Source of the DNA: Terriglobia bacterium
GTDB taxonomy: Bacteria > Acidobacteriota > Terriglobia > JAJPHL01
Reading direction: 5' to 3'
Length of the DNA stretch: 64,000 nt
Assembly: GCA_021325275.1 (NCBI GenBank)
Contig: JAJPHL010000070.1
Coordinates: forward strand, 3,387 to 67,386
Positions 1 through 9,277 of this stretch are shown in pieces. Below the pieces are notes generated by a model, which was not told where the DNA came from, ran no database searches, and was given only the letters and a program-made list of their open reading frames with translations. Made by a program: the position numbers and the translations under genes. Position 1 is the first letter of the stretch. Each line of letters opens with the position of its first letter.

Positions 1-1896
1 GGCAACGGAGAATTCGCGTTCACGGTCGACGCGACGGGATTGCAGACGTTCCCGGCGCTGTACGAAAAGAACGTCCCGCTCTGTACACAGTCGCAGTGGG
101 GATGGCACGCATCTCCGGGACGTCCGCCGGGAGAATTGGCGCTGGAGAATTTCGATACGCACGGCCGCAACGTAGGATACGCCACGCGCGCCGGGAATCA
201 GCCAGAGTTGTTTCGATGGCTCCGGGAGAATCCGCATCGCTTGCATCTCGGGCGAATCGGTTTGGACATCGCAGATGCCAGCGAGATTCGCGGAATTCGC
301 CAGCGTCTCGATCTTTGGACCGGCGCGATTGAAAGCAGTTTCCTGCACCGTGCGGCTGCTGTGACGGTTGCCACGTGCTGCCATCCGGATCGCGATTGCA
401 TTGGTGCGAACGTGTCGCCGGGCGTTGCGGTGGTGTGGGAATTTCCCGCTGCCTCGCCGGAGATGAATGCCGCGGATTGGAAGTCAATCGAGCGCCATCG
501 GTCGGAAATCCTTGGGCTGGAACCGAGTGGATGCGTGTTGCGCCGGACGCTGGACGACACGCAATACTTTTGCCGCGTGGCATGGCAGGGCGCGGCCGAG
601 TTCAAGCAAGTTGCCGCACATCGCTTTACACTGCGTGGCGCATCGCAACAACCGCTCGCATTCACCTGCGAATTCTCGTCGCATCCCTTCACCAACTCCC
701 CACTCGCACCGGACGCCGTATTCGCGGCGAGCCGCGAAGCTTGGCAGCGCCATTGGACTTCGGGTGGCGCGCTCGATTTATCCGAGTGCCGCGATCCGCG
801 CGCCGCGGAACTGGAGCGCCGCGTGGTGTTGTCGCAGTATCTCACCGCGATCCAATGCGCCGGGTCGCTGCCGCCGCAAGAAACGGGACTCACGTGCAAC
901 AGTTGGTACGGCAAGTTTCATTTGGAAATGCATTGGTGGCACGCCGCGCACTTCACGCTGTGGGGGCGCGCGGAGAAACTGGAACGCAGTCTCGCATGGT
1001 ACGGAAAAATCTTGCCGTCGGCGCGCGATCGCGCACGGCAACAAGGTTACGCCGGATGCCGCTGGCCGAAAATGACCGCGCCCGACGGACGCGATAGCCC
1101 TTCGCCGATCGGTCCGCTGCTGATTTGGCAGCAACCTCATCCAATCGCGATGGCCGATTTGATGTATCGCGCGAAGCCGGAGCGCGCGGTGCTCGATCGC
1201 TACCGCGACATCGTGATGGAGTCGGCGGAATTCATGGCGTCGTATGCGTGGGAAGACGGCGCGCACGATCGTTACGTTTTAGGACCGCCGGTGATTCCCG
1301 CGCAGGAGAATCATCCGCCGCGCGAAACGTGGAATCCCACGTTTGAATTGGAATACTGGCGGCGCGGTTTGGAGATCGCGCAACAGTGGCGCGCGCGACT
1401 CGGGATGCCCCGCGAGCCGCGATGGGACGGCGTGCGCGCGAAGCTTGCGGCGCTGCCGTTGGCGGGCGGAGTCTACTTGGCGCACGAGAATTGTCCGCAA
1501 ACATTTACGGAACGGAATCGCGACCATCCGTCGATGCTCGCGGCGTTGGGCGTGTTGCCCCGGGCGGGATCGCGTGTCGATCCGGCGATCATGCGTGCGA
1601 CGTTGCAACGCGTTTTCGAAAAATGGCGCTGGGCTGAAACATGGGGCTGGGATTTTCCCATGGCCGCGATGACCGCGGCACGTCTCGGCGAGCCGGACTT
1701 CGCGATCCGCGCACTGTTCATGGAATCTCCGAAAAACACGTGGCTCCCGAATGGTCACGTGTACCAGCGCGCTAATCTTCCGCTATATTTACCGGCGAAC
1801 GGCGGATTGCTTGCGGCGGCCGCGGTGATGAGCGCGCAAAATGCATTTCCCAAAGATTGGCCGGTGCGCGCCGAAGGACTCGTGGATATTTTGTAA
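1..1896 (+). CDS. Six-hairpin (GH65/GH95-like) glycoside hydrolase, 5'-truncated by window edge
   Basis: Frame open from base 1 (GNGEFAFTVDATGLQTFP...). Motifs QETGLTCNSWYGKFHLEMHWWH and WGWDFPMAAMTAARLG resemble (alpha/alpha)6 glycosidases. Confidence 0.7.
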   Translation, partial: GNGEFAFTVDATGLQTFPALYEKNVPLCTQSQWGWHASPGRPPGELALENFDTHGRNVGYATRAGNQPELFRWLRENPHRLHLGRIGLDIADASEIRGIRQRLDLWTGAIESSFLHRAAAVTVATCCHPDRDCIGANVSPGVAVVWEFPAASPEMNAADWKSIERHRSEILGLEPSGCVLRRTLDDTQYFCRVAWQGAAEFKQVAAHRFTLRGASQQPLAFTCEFSSHPFTNSPLAPDAVFAASREAWQRHWTSGGALDLSECRDPRAAELERRVVLSQYLTAIQCAGSLPPQETGLTCNSWYGKFHLEMHWWHAAHFTLWGRAEKLERSLAWYGKILPSARDRARQQGYAGCRWPKMTAPDGRDSPSPIGPLLIWQQPHPIAMADLMYRAKPERAVLDRYRDIVMESAEFMASYAWEDGAHDRYVLGPPVIPAQENHPPRETWNPTFELEYWRRGLEIAQQWRARLGMPREPRWDGVRAKLAALPLAGGVYLAHENCPQTFTERNRDHPSMLAALGVLPRAGSRVDPAIMRATLQRVFEKWRWAETWGWDFPMAAMTAARLGEPDFAIRALFMESPKNTWLPNGHVYQRANLPLYLPANGGLLAAAAVMSAQNAFPKDWPVRAEGLVDIL

Positions 1897-1911
1897 TATG
1901 ATGAGATATCC

Positions 1912-2715
1912 ATGGGTTTCGGCATCCGCAGTTCCCTCCGTCGATGGGTCTCCCGCAACAGTCGCACTCCATGGATTCAATCGTTGCACCGCCAGGCCCT
2001 TGAACTCGACGCGCTGGTGGAAAGCGACAGCATCTACGGTCCTCCTCTAGAAAACGAAACTCCATTGCTGGAACGCTTGGCGCCGCGCCGCTTCCAAACG
2101 GCGCTGGACGTGGGGGCCAACGTCGGCAACTGGACGGCCGCCGCATCGAGTGCCTGGAAGGAATGCCGCTTTTATTCGTTCGAACCAGCGCCGGAAACGT
2201 TCGCGCAACTGTCTGCCCGGGAGTGGCCGTCGCGCGTGGTCTGCGAACACCTGGCGCTTTCCGATTCCGAGCGCGAAGAAACGATGTATTTTTATCCGAG
2301 TAGCAGCGAACTGACGAGCTCACTGCACGTTCACGCGCACGAGGCGCAAGCTTTCCAGATGCACATGATGGACGGCGACCGTTATCTCGAACAGCACGGT
2401 ATCGAACAGGTGGATTTCCTGAAAGTGGACGTCGAAGGTTGCGAATACAAAGTGCTTCGCGGCTTCGCCGGCGCCATCGCCGCGGGACGCGTGCGCTGCA
2501 TTCAATTCGAGTACGGCGCCTTCTCTCTCGCCACGCGTTTCCTTCTCCAGGATTATTACGACTTGCTTGGCTCGCGCTACCGGATCGGCAAGCTGCACCC
2601 TGAATACGTCGATTTCCGAGATTACGATTGGACTCACGAACGCTTCCGGTTCGCGAACTATCTCGCCGTCACGCGCGATGAGCCCGAACTGGTGGCGCTG
2701 GCGAAAGGATCGTAG
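1912..2715 (+). CDS. FkbM-family SAM methyltransferase
   Basis: LDVGANVG, SFEP, DFLKVDVEGCE and IQFEY motifs. Confidence 0.9.
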   Translation: MGFGIRSSLRRWVSRNSRTPWIQSLHRQALELDALVESDSIYGPPLENETPLLERLAPRRFQTALDVGANVGNWTAAASSAWKECRFYSFEPAPETFAQLSAREWPSRVVCEHLALSDSEREETMYFYPSSSELTSSLHVHAHEAQAFQMHMMDGDRYLEQHGIEQVDFLKVDVEGCEYKVLRGFAGAIAAGRVRCIQFEYGAFSLATRFLLQDYYDLLGSRYRIGKLHPEYVDFRDYDWTHERFRFANYLAVTRDEPELVALAKGS

Positions 2716-2717
2716 AG

Positions 2718-3131
2718 GTGTCTCGTTACGTCGATAGTTCGGTCTACCTGCGCGTGTTGATGGGCCACACGGGCGCGATGACGTTGCCTGCCGAGGGTGA
2801 TTGGTACACCAGTGTGCTGACACGGGTCGAAGGCCGGCGGATGCTCTATCGTTTGCAGGGCAAGGGCAAATTCGACGATGCCGAGTTGACGCGATTGCTC
2901 GCGGCGCTGGATGCGCTTCTCGAAAAAATCAAAATTGTGCCGTGCGATCAAGCGATCTTCGACCGCGCCGGAGATCCCATGAATGCGCCTCTCGGGTCGC
3001 TCGACGCGATCCATTTGGCGAGCGCACTGCGCGTGCAAGAGACGCTTCAGCAAAAGGTCGAGCTCTACACTTACAACATTGAACTGGCGATCGCCGCGCG
3101 CGCCGCGGGATTGCAACCCGTCACGCAGTGA
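2718..3131 (+). CDS. PIN-domain (VapC-like) ribonuclease, no adjacent antitoxin
   Basis: YVDSS N-terminus, central E (TRVEG), SLDAIHLASAL; 137 aa. Confidence 0.85.
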   Translation: MSRYVDSSVYLRVLMGHTGAMTLPAEGDWYTSVLTRVEGRRMLYRLQGKGKFDDAELTRLLAALDALLEKIKIVPCDQAIFDRAGDPMNAPLGSLDAIHLASALRVQETLQQKVELYTYNIELAIAARAAGLQPVTQ

Positions 3132-4558
3132 GTCTCAGGAGCACATGGCGATGGCTCGAAACCAACGCCGTGGCGATTTTTCCGCGCGCGCTCGCCGTCG
3201 TCTACTTCATCGCCTTCGCGTCGTTCTATCCGCAAATCGATGCCCTCGTCGGTGCGAATGGTCTGACGCCGATGCGCCCGTTCTTCGAGGCGGTCTACAA
3301 ACAGTTGGGTTCGCGCGGATACTGGCTCCTTCCATCGCTCGCCTGGATCCATCCCACGGCTGCATTTCTGAAACTACTGGCCGCGGCCGGCATGGCGATT
3401 TCCCTCCTGGCCGCCGCGGGATTCGGTTCGTGTTTGGCGATGGCCGCGCTGTGGGCCCTGTATCTCGCGCTGGTCGGCGCGGGGCAAGACTTCATGGCGT
3501 TTCAGTGGGACATTCTGCTGTTGGAAGCGGGATTCCTGGCGATCTTCTACGTGGAATGGGACTGGCGCTTCTGGCGCCGCGCGCCGACGTCGCCGCCGCG
3601 AGTCGCCGTATGGTTGGTGCGATGGCTGTTGTTCCGCTTGATGTTTCTCTCGGGCAGCGTGAAACTGCTGAGCAAAGACGAAACATGGCGCAACTGGACC
3701 GCCCTGGCGTATCACTATCAAACGCAACCGATCCCGAATCCGATCGCGTGGTACATGCAGCAAGCGCCGCACTGGTTCCAAGTGGTCTCACTCTGCTTCA
3801 TGTGGTTCGTGGAACTGGTCGCGCCGTTTTTCATCTTCGCGCCGCGGCGGATTCGCTACGTGGCGGCGGCGTTCCTGATTCTCTTTCAAGTGTTACTGAT
3901 CCTCACGGGCAACTACGCGTACTTCAACTGGCTGACGATTGTGCTGTGCCTACCGCTGATCGAGCGCGGCGGCGAAAAGCCGCAAACGCATGCCGTGCAG
4001 AAGTGGGCGTGCGTGGCGCTGGCGTTTTTTGTTGTGCCGGTGAGCATCACCGAAATGCTGGGGCGATTCGGTTACGACGCCGGCGGATCGGCGATCGAAT
4101 GGCAAGCGCCGTTTCATCTGGTGAACACGTACGGACTCTTCGCGGCGATGACCACCGAACGTCCTGAGATCGTCATCGAAGGTACCGCCGACGGCCACAC
4201 GTGGTTACCGTATGAATTCCGCTACAAGCCCGGTGACCTCCATCGCGCGCCACCGTTCGTCGCGCCGTATCAGCCGCGTCTCGATTGGCAAATGTGGTTC
4301 GCGGCGCTCGCCGCGCCGTGGAGTCCGCAGAATGACGCTTGGTTCGGGCGGCTAATGATTCGCTTGCTCGAAGGAAAGCCCGAGGTGAAGGAGTTCTTCT
4401 CGCGAAATCCGTTTCAGGATCGTCCACCCGTTGCGGTGCGAGCGCGGTTGTACGAATATCGATTCACCACAACGCAGGAACGGGCGCAATCGGGCGATTG
4501 GTGGGTACGAACGCCGCGCGGTGAGTATTTTCCGGAAATCTCTCTACAGCGACGCTAG
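3128..4558 (+). CDS. Lipase maturation factor (LMF) family membrane protein
   Basis: FQWDILLLEAGF, YHYQTQPIPNP, TGNYAYFNWLT, YQPRLDWQMWFAAL; multiple TM segments. Confidence 0.9.
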   Translation: MSLRSTWRWLETNAVAIFPRALAVVYFIAFASFYPQIDALVGANGLTPMRPFFEAVYKQLGSRGYWLLPSLAWIHPTAAFLKLLAAAGMAISLLAAAGFGSCLAMAALWALYLALVGAGQDFMAFQWDILLLEAGFLAIFYVEWDWRFWRRAPTSPPRVAVWLVRWLLFRLMFLSGSVKLLSKDETWRNWTALAYHYQTQPIPNPIAWYMQQAPHWFQVVSLCFMWFVELVAPFFIFAPRRIRYVAAAFLILFQVLLILTGNYAYFNWLTIVLCLPLIERGGEKPQTHAVQKWACVALAFFVVPVSITEMLGRFGYDAGGSAIEWQAPFHLVNTYGLFAAMTTERPEIVIEGTADGHTWLPYEFRYKPGDLHRAPPFVAPYQPRLDWQMWFAALAAPWSPQNDAWFGRLMIRLLEGKPEVKEFFSRNPFQDRPPVAVRARLYEYRFTTTQERAQSGDWWVRTPRGEYFPEISLQRR

Positions 4559-4578
4559 CTGCGGGTTGAAGAACCGCG

Positions 4579-4603
4579 GGACAGGCGAGGACGCCTGTCC
4601 TAC
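4579..4603 (-). repeat. GTAG-type REP-like palindrome between convergent genes
   Basis: Minus strand reads GTAG-GACAGGCG-TCCT-CGCCTGTC-C. Confidence 0.65.
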
Positions 4604-5158
4604 TTACTCGTCGCCGATCAGAATCGCCGCGCCCAACACGGTGGTCCAGCGAGCGCGCTTATCGCCCACCGCGGACTGCGTGATGTTCATGGTGCGCACG
4701 ATCTTGTTGGAGATGCGGTAAATCTCTTTCTTCTCGTCCCAACTGCGGTCGGGATCGAAGTCGACGTTCAGCGTGGTGGCGAGCATCTCGGCGGCCAGCT
4801 CTTCGGCATATTCGCCGGCCATTTTTTCCGTTTCACCAAAGGAATGGTGCTCGCTCAAGTATCCATAGGTGTTGCGATCGGCGGGCAGCGCCAAGCCGAT
4901 GGCCGCGGCGATCAAACGGTGCGGCTCGCGCGTGGCGTTTTCACTGATCACCGCGAAACGCACTTGGCCGGGATGCAAATACTTCTGTCCGGCGGCGCGC
5001 GAAATCAACTGGCAGCGCGGCGGAAAAATGCTGGAGACGCGCACCAAGTTGTAGGCGGCGATTCCAGCGGAACGCAAGGCCATCTCGAAACTGGTCAGGC
5101 GTTCGCGATGCACGCCGACGCCTTTGGTTAGAAAAATTTTCTTGGCCGTGAAAACCAT
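4604..5158 (-). CDS. pdaD: Pyruvoyl-dependent arginine decarboxylase
   Basis: SFEMALRSAGIAAYNLVRVSSIFPP (SS self-cleavage site), GYLSEHH; AGGAG upstream. Confidence 0.88.
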   Translation of the reverse strand: MVFTAKKIFLTKGVGVHRERLTSFEMALRSAGIAAYNLVRVSSIFPPRCQLISRAAGQKYLHPGQVRFAVISENATREPHRLIAAAIGLALPADRNTYGYLSEHHSFGETEKMAGEYAEELAAEMLATTLNVDFDPDRSWDEKKEIYRISNKIVRTMNITQSAVGDKRARWTTVLGAAILIGDE

Positions 5159-5243
5159 CGTCTCGAGGAAATCTCCTTGTGTTGAAATCTGCCGCTAAAC
5201 TGCAGAAAGATGACCGTAGCAGAATTTAGCGAAGGCGTCAAAC

Positions 5244-5272
5244 AAAAAGGCCGTCCGGAAGGACGGCCTTTT
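5244..5272. terminator. Intrinsic terminator (potentially bidirectional) after the 5299-6348 gene
   Basis: AAAAGGCCGTCC-GGAA-GGACGGCCTTTT perfect hairpin with A/T tails. Confidence 0.85.
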
Positions 5273-5298
5273 CAATTTTCTCGACGCTCCGAAAAAAA

Positions 5299-6348
5299 TT
5301 ACGGAGTGCAACCCGTAGGAACGTTCGGACTGACGCAGGGTGTGCTGTTGTTGCTGAACGAACCGGACGCCGCCGCGCCTGCAACCGCCGCGCCCGCGGA
5401 AGCCGCAGCCACCGCCGCCGTCACCGCTGTTGCGCTAGCCGCACCGGCCGCCGCGCCGGCACTGGCCGCCGCTGCCGCGCCGCTGGCCGCCGCGCCGCCT
5501 GCTGCCGCGCCGGAGCTCATTTCAAGAACGCCGCCGTATCCTTTGCAACCGGCCAACGCTTGGCACGAGGTGCCGTACTCGGCGCACTTGGTCTGATCCT
5601 TCGCGCAAGCCTTGCGCATCGGAGTGCACTTCGCTTCGAGCGCTTTGAAATCGGTGCAAGCTTGCGAACTGCCGCTCTTGCAAGGATTGTTGCAAACGTT
5701 GCAACGTGCCGCGTACGCTTTGCAGGTGGAGGCATCTTTCGAGCAATTCGCCTTCATGTCCGAGCAGGTGGTGTCTTTGCCGCCCGTCGCCTGCGGAGCA
5801 CCCGAACCGCCGGCCATCGGCAACGCCGGGCCCGGCTCGAGGAACGCGACTTTGTACGACTGGCCCTGCTGCACAACCTGCGGCTCATCGAGTCCGCCTT
5901 CGGAAAGCACCGCCGAACCCTTCACCACGGTCACATAGGTGGCATCTTTTACTTGCGCCACTTGGAAGACCGAGCCGGAATCCGCGGTGATTTTTCCACC
6001 GTGCGCGCGCACGCTGATCGCCTGGCCGCCTTCATGAACGCCGACGAAGCCGCGCTGTAATCCAACCCAAAGCTGTTTACCCGATTGCTCCACCGAGGCC
6101 CGCGCGGCGGCGGACAAACTGGCCATGCCCTGCTCGGGGAAATGAATCACCGCCAGCGAAGAGCCTGGCGCTTCGATGGTATCGCCGGCAAACGCGGGCT
6201 GCGACTGCGTGATCGGTTTTCCATTCACGGTGACGACCGCGTCGCCGCTGAAAGTTGCAATCGGTGCTAAGCCGGCAATCGCGACTGTCGTCACGCCCAA
6301 CACTACAGCCGCTGCCAATCCGAAGTACCGTTTGTTCTGAACTGTCAT
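5299..6348 (-). CDS. Exported protein: FecR-like beta domain, Cys-rich repeat, Ala/Gly-rich tail
   Basis: N-terminal signal-like segment; FAGDTIEA...LQRGFV...VTVVKGSAVL resembles FecR; GGAG upstream; followed by terminator. Confidence 0.65.
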   Translation of the reverse strand: MTVQNKRYFGLAAAVVLGVTTVAIAGLAPIATFSGDAVVTVNGKPITQSQPAFAGDTIEAPGSSLAVIHFPEQGMASLSAAARASVEQSGKQLWVGLQRGFVGVHEGGQAISVRAHGGKITADSGSVFQVAQVKDATYVTVVKGSAVLSEGGLDEPQVVQQGQSYKVAFLEPGPALPMAGGSGAPQATGGKDTTCSDMKANCSKDASTCKAYAARCNVCNNPCKSGSSQACTDFKALEAKCTPMRKACAKDQTKCAEYGTSCQALAGCKGYGGVLEMSSGAAAGGAAASGAAAAASAGAAAGAASATAVTAAVAAASAGAAVAGAAASGSFSNNSTPCVSPNVPTGCTP

Positions 6349-6679
6349 GATCGCTCCCTTAGAATTTGCTCTCGGGCAAAAAACTTTTTCATGCGTGCCG
6401 TACCGCTTTTATTGCGATAGCCACCAAATGCGGTCAGATCCACTGGGGGGCGTTGCTGTTTATCTGACGATGGCACCCTCAACCAGCCTACATCTTAGCC
6501 GCAGGTACCATATGTGTCAAGCCCAAATCGTACACTCCGGCCAACCTCGATATGTCTTTTTATTATACACTTACAAAGCTTTGTTGCGTCAACCTTGGAT
6601 TTGATGATACAACGCTGAAAGCAATGGTCCCAGGGACCGCCAGTAACGGGCCAAGAGAACCATTCTAACATTCGGCGCG

Positions 6680-7063
6680 ATGCTTTGTCCCAAGTGCGGT
6701 AGTTCCCGGATTTTTCGCGACAGCTACAAGGGTAACCATGAGTGGCTGAGGTTTACGCCTTTTCGTCCCTACGGGTGTCGCGAATGCCTTTACCGCTTCG
6801 TGAGTTGGCGGCGCAAGGGAGCTCTCACCGCCGCGATGCGCCAAAAGCTCCTTCGCTTCCTGCTGGTTTTCTCGGCGGCGTGTCCGAATTGCCGCTCGCG
6901 CGAAGTAGTCCGCATCAATCCGCGAACCCTGCGCGGAACCGTCCGGCGCGCTCTGGCACGAGCCCTGGGATTTCCCGCGTATCAATGCCGAAAGTGCGGA
7001 AAGAAATTCTTCAAGTTTCGCTGGCACGTGAAGTACGCTCCGCCGCTCCAGTCGAATACCTAG
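6680..7063 (+). CDS. Small basic protein with two tandem zinc-ribbon repeats
   Basis: CPKC...YGCREC and CPNC...YQCRKC. Confidence 0.7.
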   Translation: MLCPKCGSSRIFRDSYKGNHEWLRFTPFRPYGCRECLYRFVSWRRKGALTAAMRQKLLRFLLVFSAACPNCRSREVVRINPRTLRGTVRRALARALGFPAYQCRKCGKKFFKFRWHVKYAPPLQSNT

Positions 7064-7064
7064 C

Positions 7065-8303
7065 TCACCGGCGCCGGCGATGCTCCTCTACGGCTTCCTG
7101 AAACGTACGCCGATACCCGGCCGTCGCGTGACCACGATAATTCCACCGCTCCAGCGCCGAGCGTCCGCTTTGGCCGCGCGCCGACGCCTGTTCCGGATGC
7201 TCGCGCAGCTCGACAATTTTTGACGCCAGGCCTTCGACGTCGCCGGGTGAAAAGATAAATCCGCAATCGGCGCGTTCGATCGCTTCGGCGGTGTCGCACA
7301 GCCTTGGTCCGACAAAGAGAAGCGGGCGCGAAACCGCCATGCCGGCATAGACTTTGCACGGCAGCACCAAACCTTCCCCGCCCGGCCGCAGCGTGACCAA
7401 AAACGCGTCGCCGGAACTGAGGCTGTAGGATAAGTCGCCGCGATCCTGATAGCCTTCCAGCACGACGTTCGAGAGCGAATGCGCGTCGCGATATTGCTCG
7501 ATCTCGCGGCGTCGCGCGCCGTCGCCGACAAAGAGAAAAACAATGTCGTCGCGATCGCGCAGCCGGCGCGCGCATTCCAGGATCGTTTGAAAGTCGTGAG
7601 CCAATCCCATGTTGCCGGAATACAGCACCACGAACTTGCCGTCGAGTGCGCGCTCGCGGCGAAACCAATTCTCTTCGTGCGGCACCGGATGCGTCAGCTT
7701 CGGATCGGCCCAGTTTTCCAACACGACGACTTGCCGCTCGGGAATCCCCTTGGCGACGATCAATTCCTTCGCGTATCGCCCCAGCACGATGATGCGATCC
7801 ATGCGGCGCATGCCGAACATCGAAACGGCGTCGATGAATCGCGTGATCCAACTGCCGCGCTTCAACACGCCGAGCGCGACGGCGATGTCCGGGTACAAAT
7901 CGTGAACGCTGTAGATCACCGGAATTCCGCGCAGCTTGGCGACCAGCCATCCGCCGAGAAAAAGCAGCGGCGGCGTCGAGACGGGATACAAGAGGTCGGG
8001 GCGTTGATCTCCGGAAGTATGCCGAAACATCGCCCACGTCGCGGAAATGTAAAACGCCAGCATGTCTGTGATTCGCCCGAACATCGTCTGGCGCCCGAAT
8101 CCGGTGGAGCGCACGCGATAAATCTCGATGCCGCGATACGTTTCGTGGGCCGCCAAGCCCACACCGCCGGAATATCCGCCGCGTCCGCAGATCGCGTCCA
8201 CCCGATCGCCGGCCGCGACCAAGTCCTCCGCGAGATCGGTGAGTTGCTGCGACACCGCAGAGTGATCGGGATAGAAAAATTGATTGACGAAGAGGATTTT
8301 CAT
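7065..8303 (-). CDS. GT4 glycosyltransferase (WcaI-like)
   Basis: NQFFYPD, HDLYPD, LYSGNMGLAHD, LPCKVY. Confidence 0.9.
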   Translation of the reverse strand: MKILFVNQFFYPDHSAVSQQLTDLAEDLVAAGDRVDAICGRGGYSGGVGLAAHETYRGIEIYRVRSTGFGRQTMFGRITDMLAFYISATWAMFRHTSGDQRPDLLYPVSTPPLLFLGGWLVAKLRGIPVIYSVHDLYPDIAVALGVLKRGSWITRFIDAVSMFGMRRMDRIIVLGRYAKELIVAKGIPERQVVVLENWADPKLTHPVPHEENWFRRERALDGKFVVLYSGNMGLAHDFQTILECARRLRDRDDIVFLFVGDGARRREIEQYRDAHSLSNVVLEGYQDRGDLSYSLSSGDAFLVTLRPGGEGLVLPCKVYAGMAVSRPLLFVGPRLCDTAEAIERADCGFIFSPGDVEGLASKIVELREHPEQASARGQSGRSALERWNYRGHATAGYRRTFQEAVEEHRRRR

Positions 8304-8326
8304 CGTTCCGCCGTTTCAGCACCCTC

Positions 8327-9238
8327 TTAGGGGCGCCAGCCGCCCGCGCCCCCCGTGCGCTTGCGCCACTCCAATTCGTAGAGTTTGGCGGAAATCTGAA
8401 ACTCGTACTGGCACATCAGCCGGCACCAGATGTAGCCGGCGCGTCCGTCGAGGAATCCCAGACGCAATATATAAATGATGATGAACTTCAGCAGCGGACG
8501 AAACGGCATCCGCACCCACCAGCGCTTGAGAAAACGCTTGCGCTCCAGCGGTCCTCCGAAGAACGACGCGCGCATCGCTTGATCGTCGCGCGAGCCCGAT
8601 GCGCCCGCCGCCAGGTTCTCGTACGCCAGCGCCTCCCAATTCGAATAACCGTTCAATCGATGGATCAAGCGGTAGATGTCGCGGCAATCTTCGTGCAACA
8701 GATCGTGTTTCAAGTATCCGGCGTTTCCGTTCAGCAAAACGTGCTCGTGAACTTCGTTGTCGCCGGTGTTCTGCGCGGTCTGCGTGCCGAGATTTTCGTA
8801 GCGTCCCAGGCGATGCTTGAACAAGCGCATGTTCCAACTGGGATACCAGCCGGCGTGCTTGATCCACCGGCCGAGGAAAATCAACTTGCGATTCACGTAG
8901 AAGCCGTCGTGTCCCGTGGACGCTTGGCCGCCGGCGCCGATCGTTTGACGGATTTCCTCGATCAATTCCGGCGTGCAGCGCTCATCCGCGTCGACGATCA
9001 GCACCCATTCGTTGCGAAAGGGAAGATTTTCAAGCGCCCAATTTTTCTTCTTCGGCCACGTTCCGTTGAAATGAAATTGGACGACTTTGGCGCCGCGACT
9101 TTCGGCGATTTCGATGGTGCGGTCGGTGCTTTGGGAATCCACGACGAAAATTTCGTCGGCCCACGAGAGGCTTTCCAGGCACGCGGGAAGATTTTGTTCC
9201 TCGTTCTTAACGGGAACGAAAACGGACACAGGAGTCAC
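8327..9238 (-). CDS. GT2 glycosyltransferase
   Basis: VPVKNEE, VDSQSTD, IVDADE (DxD), VHEH. Confidence 0.9.
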   Translation of the reverse strand: MTPVSVFVPVKNEEQNLPACLESLSWADEIFVVDSQSTDRTIEIAESRGAKVVQFHFNGTWPKKKNWALENLPFRNEWVLIVDADERCTPELIEEIRQTIGAGGQASTGHDGFYVNRKLIFLGRWIKHAGWYPSWNMRLFKHRLGRYENLGTQTAQNTGDNEVHEHVLLNGNAGYLKHDLLHEDCRDIYRLIHRLNGYSNWEALAYENLAAGASGSRDDQAMRASFFGGPLERKRFLKRWWVRMPFRPLLKFIIIYILRLGFLDGRAGYIWCRLMCQYEFQISAKLYELEWRKRTGGAGGWRP

Positions 9239-9277
9239 GGAAATCTATCTTACCATCGCGACTCGATGCGCCAGTGT

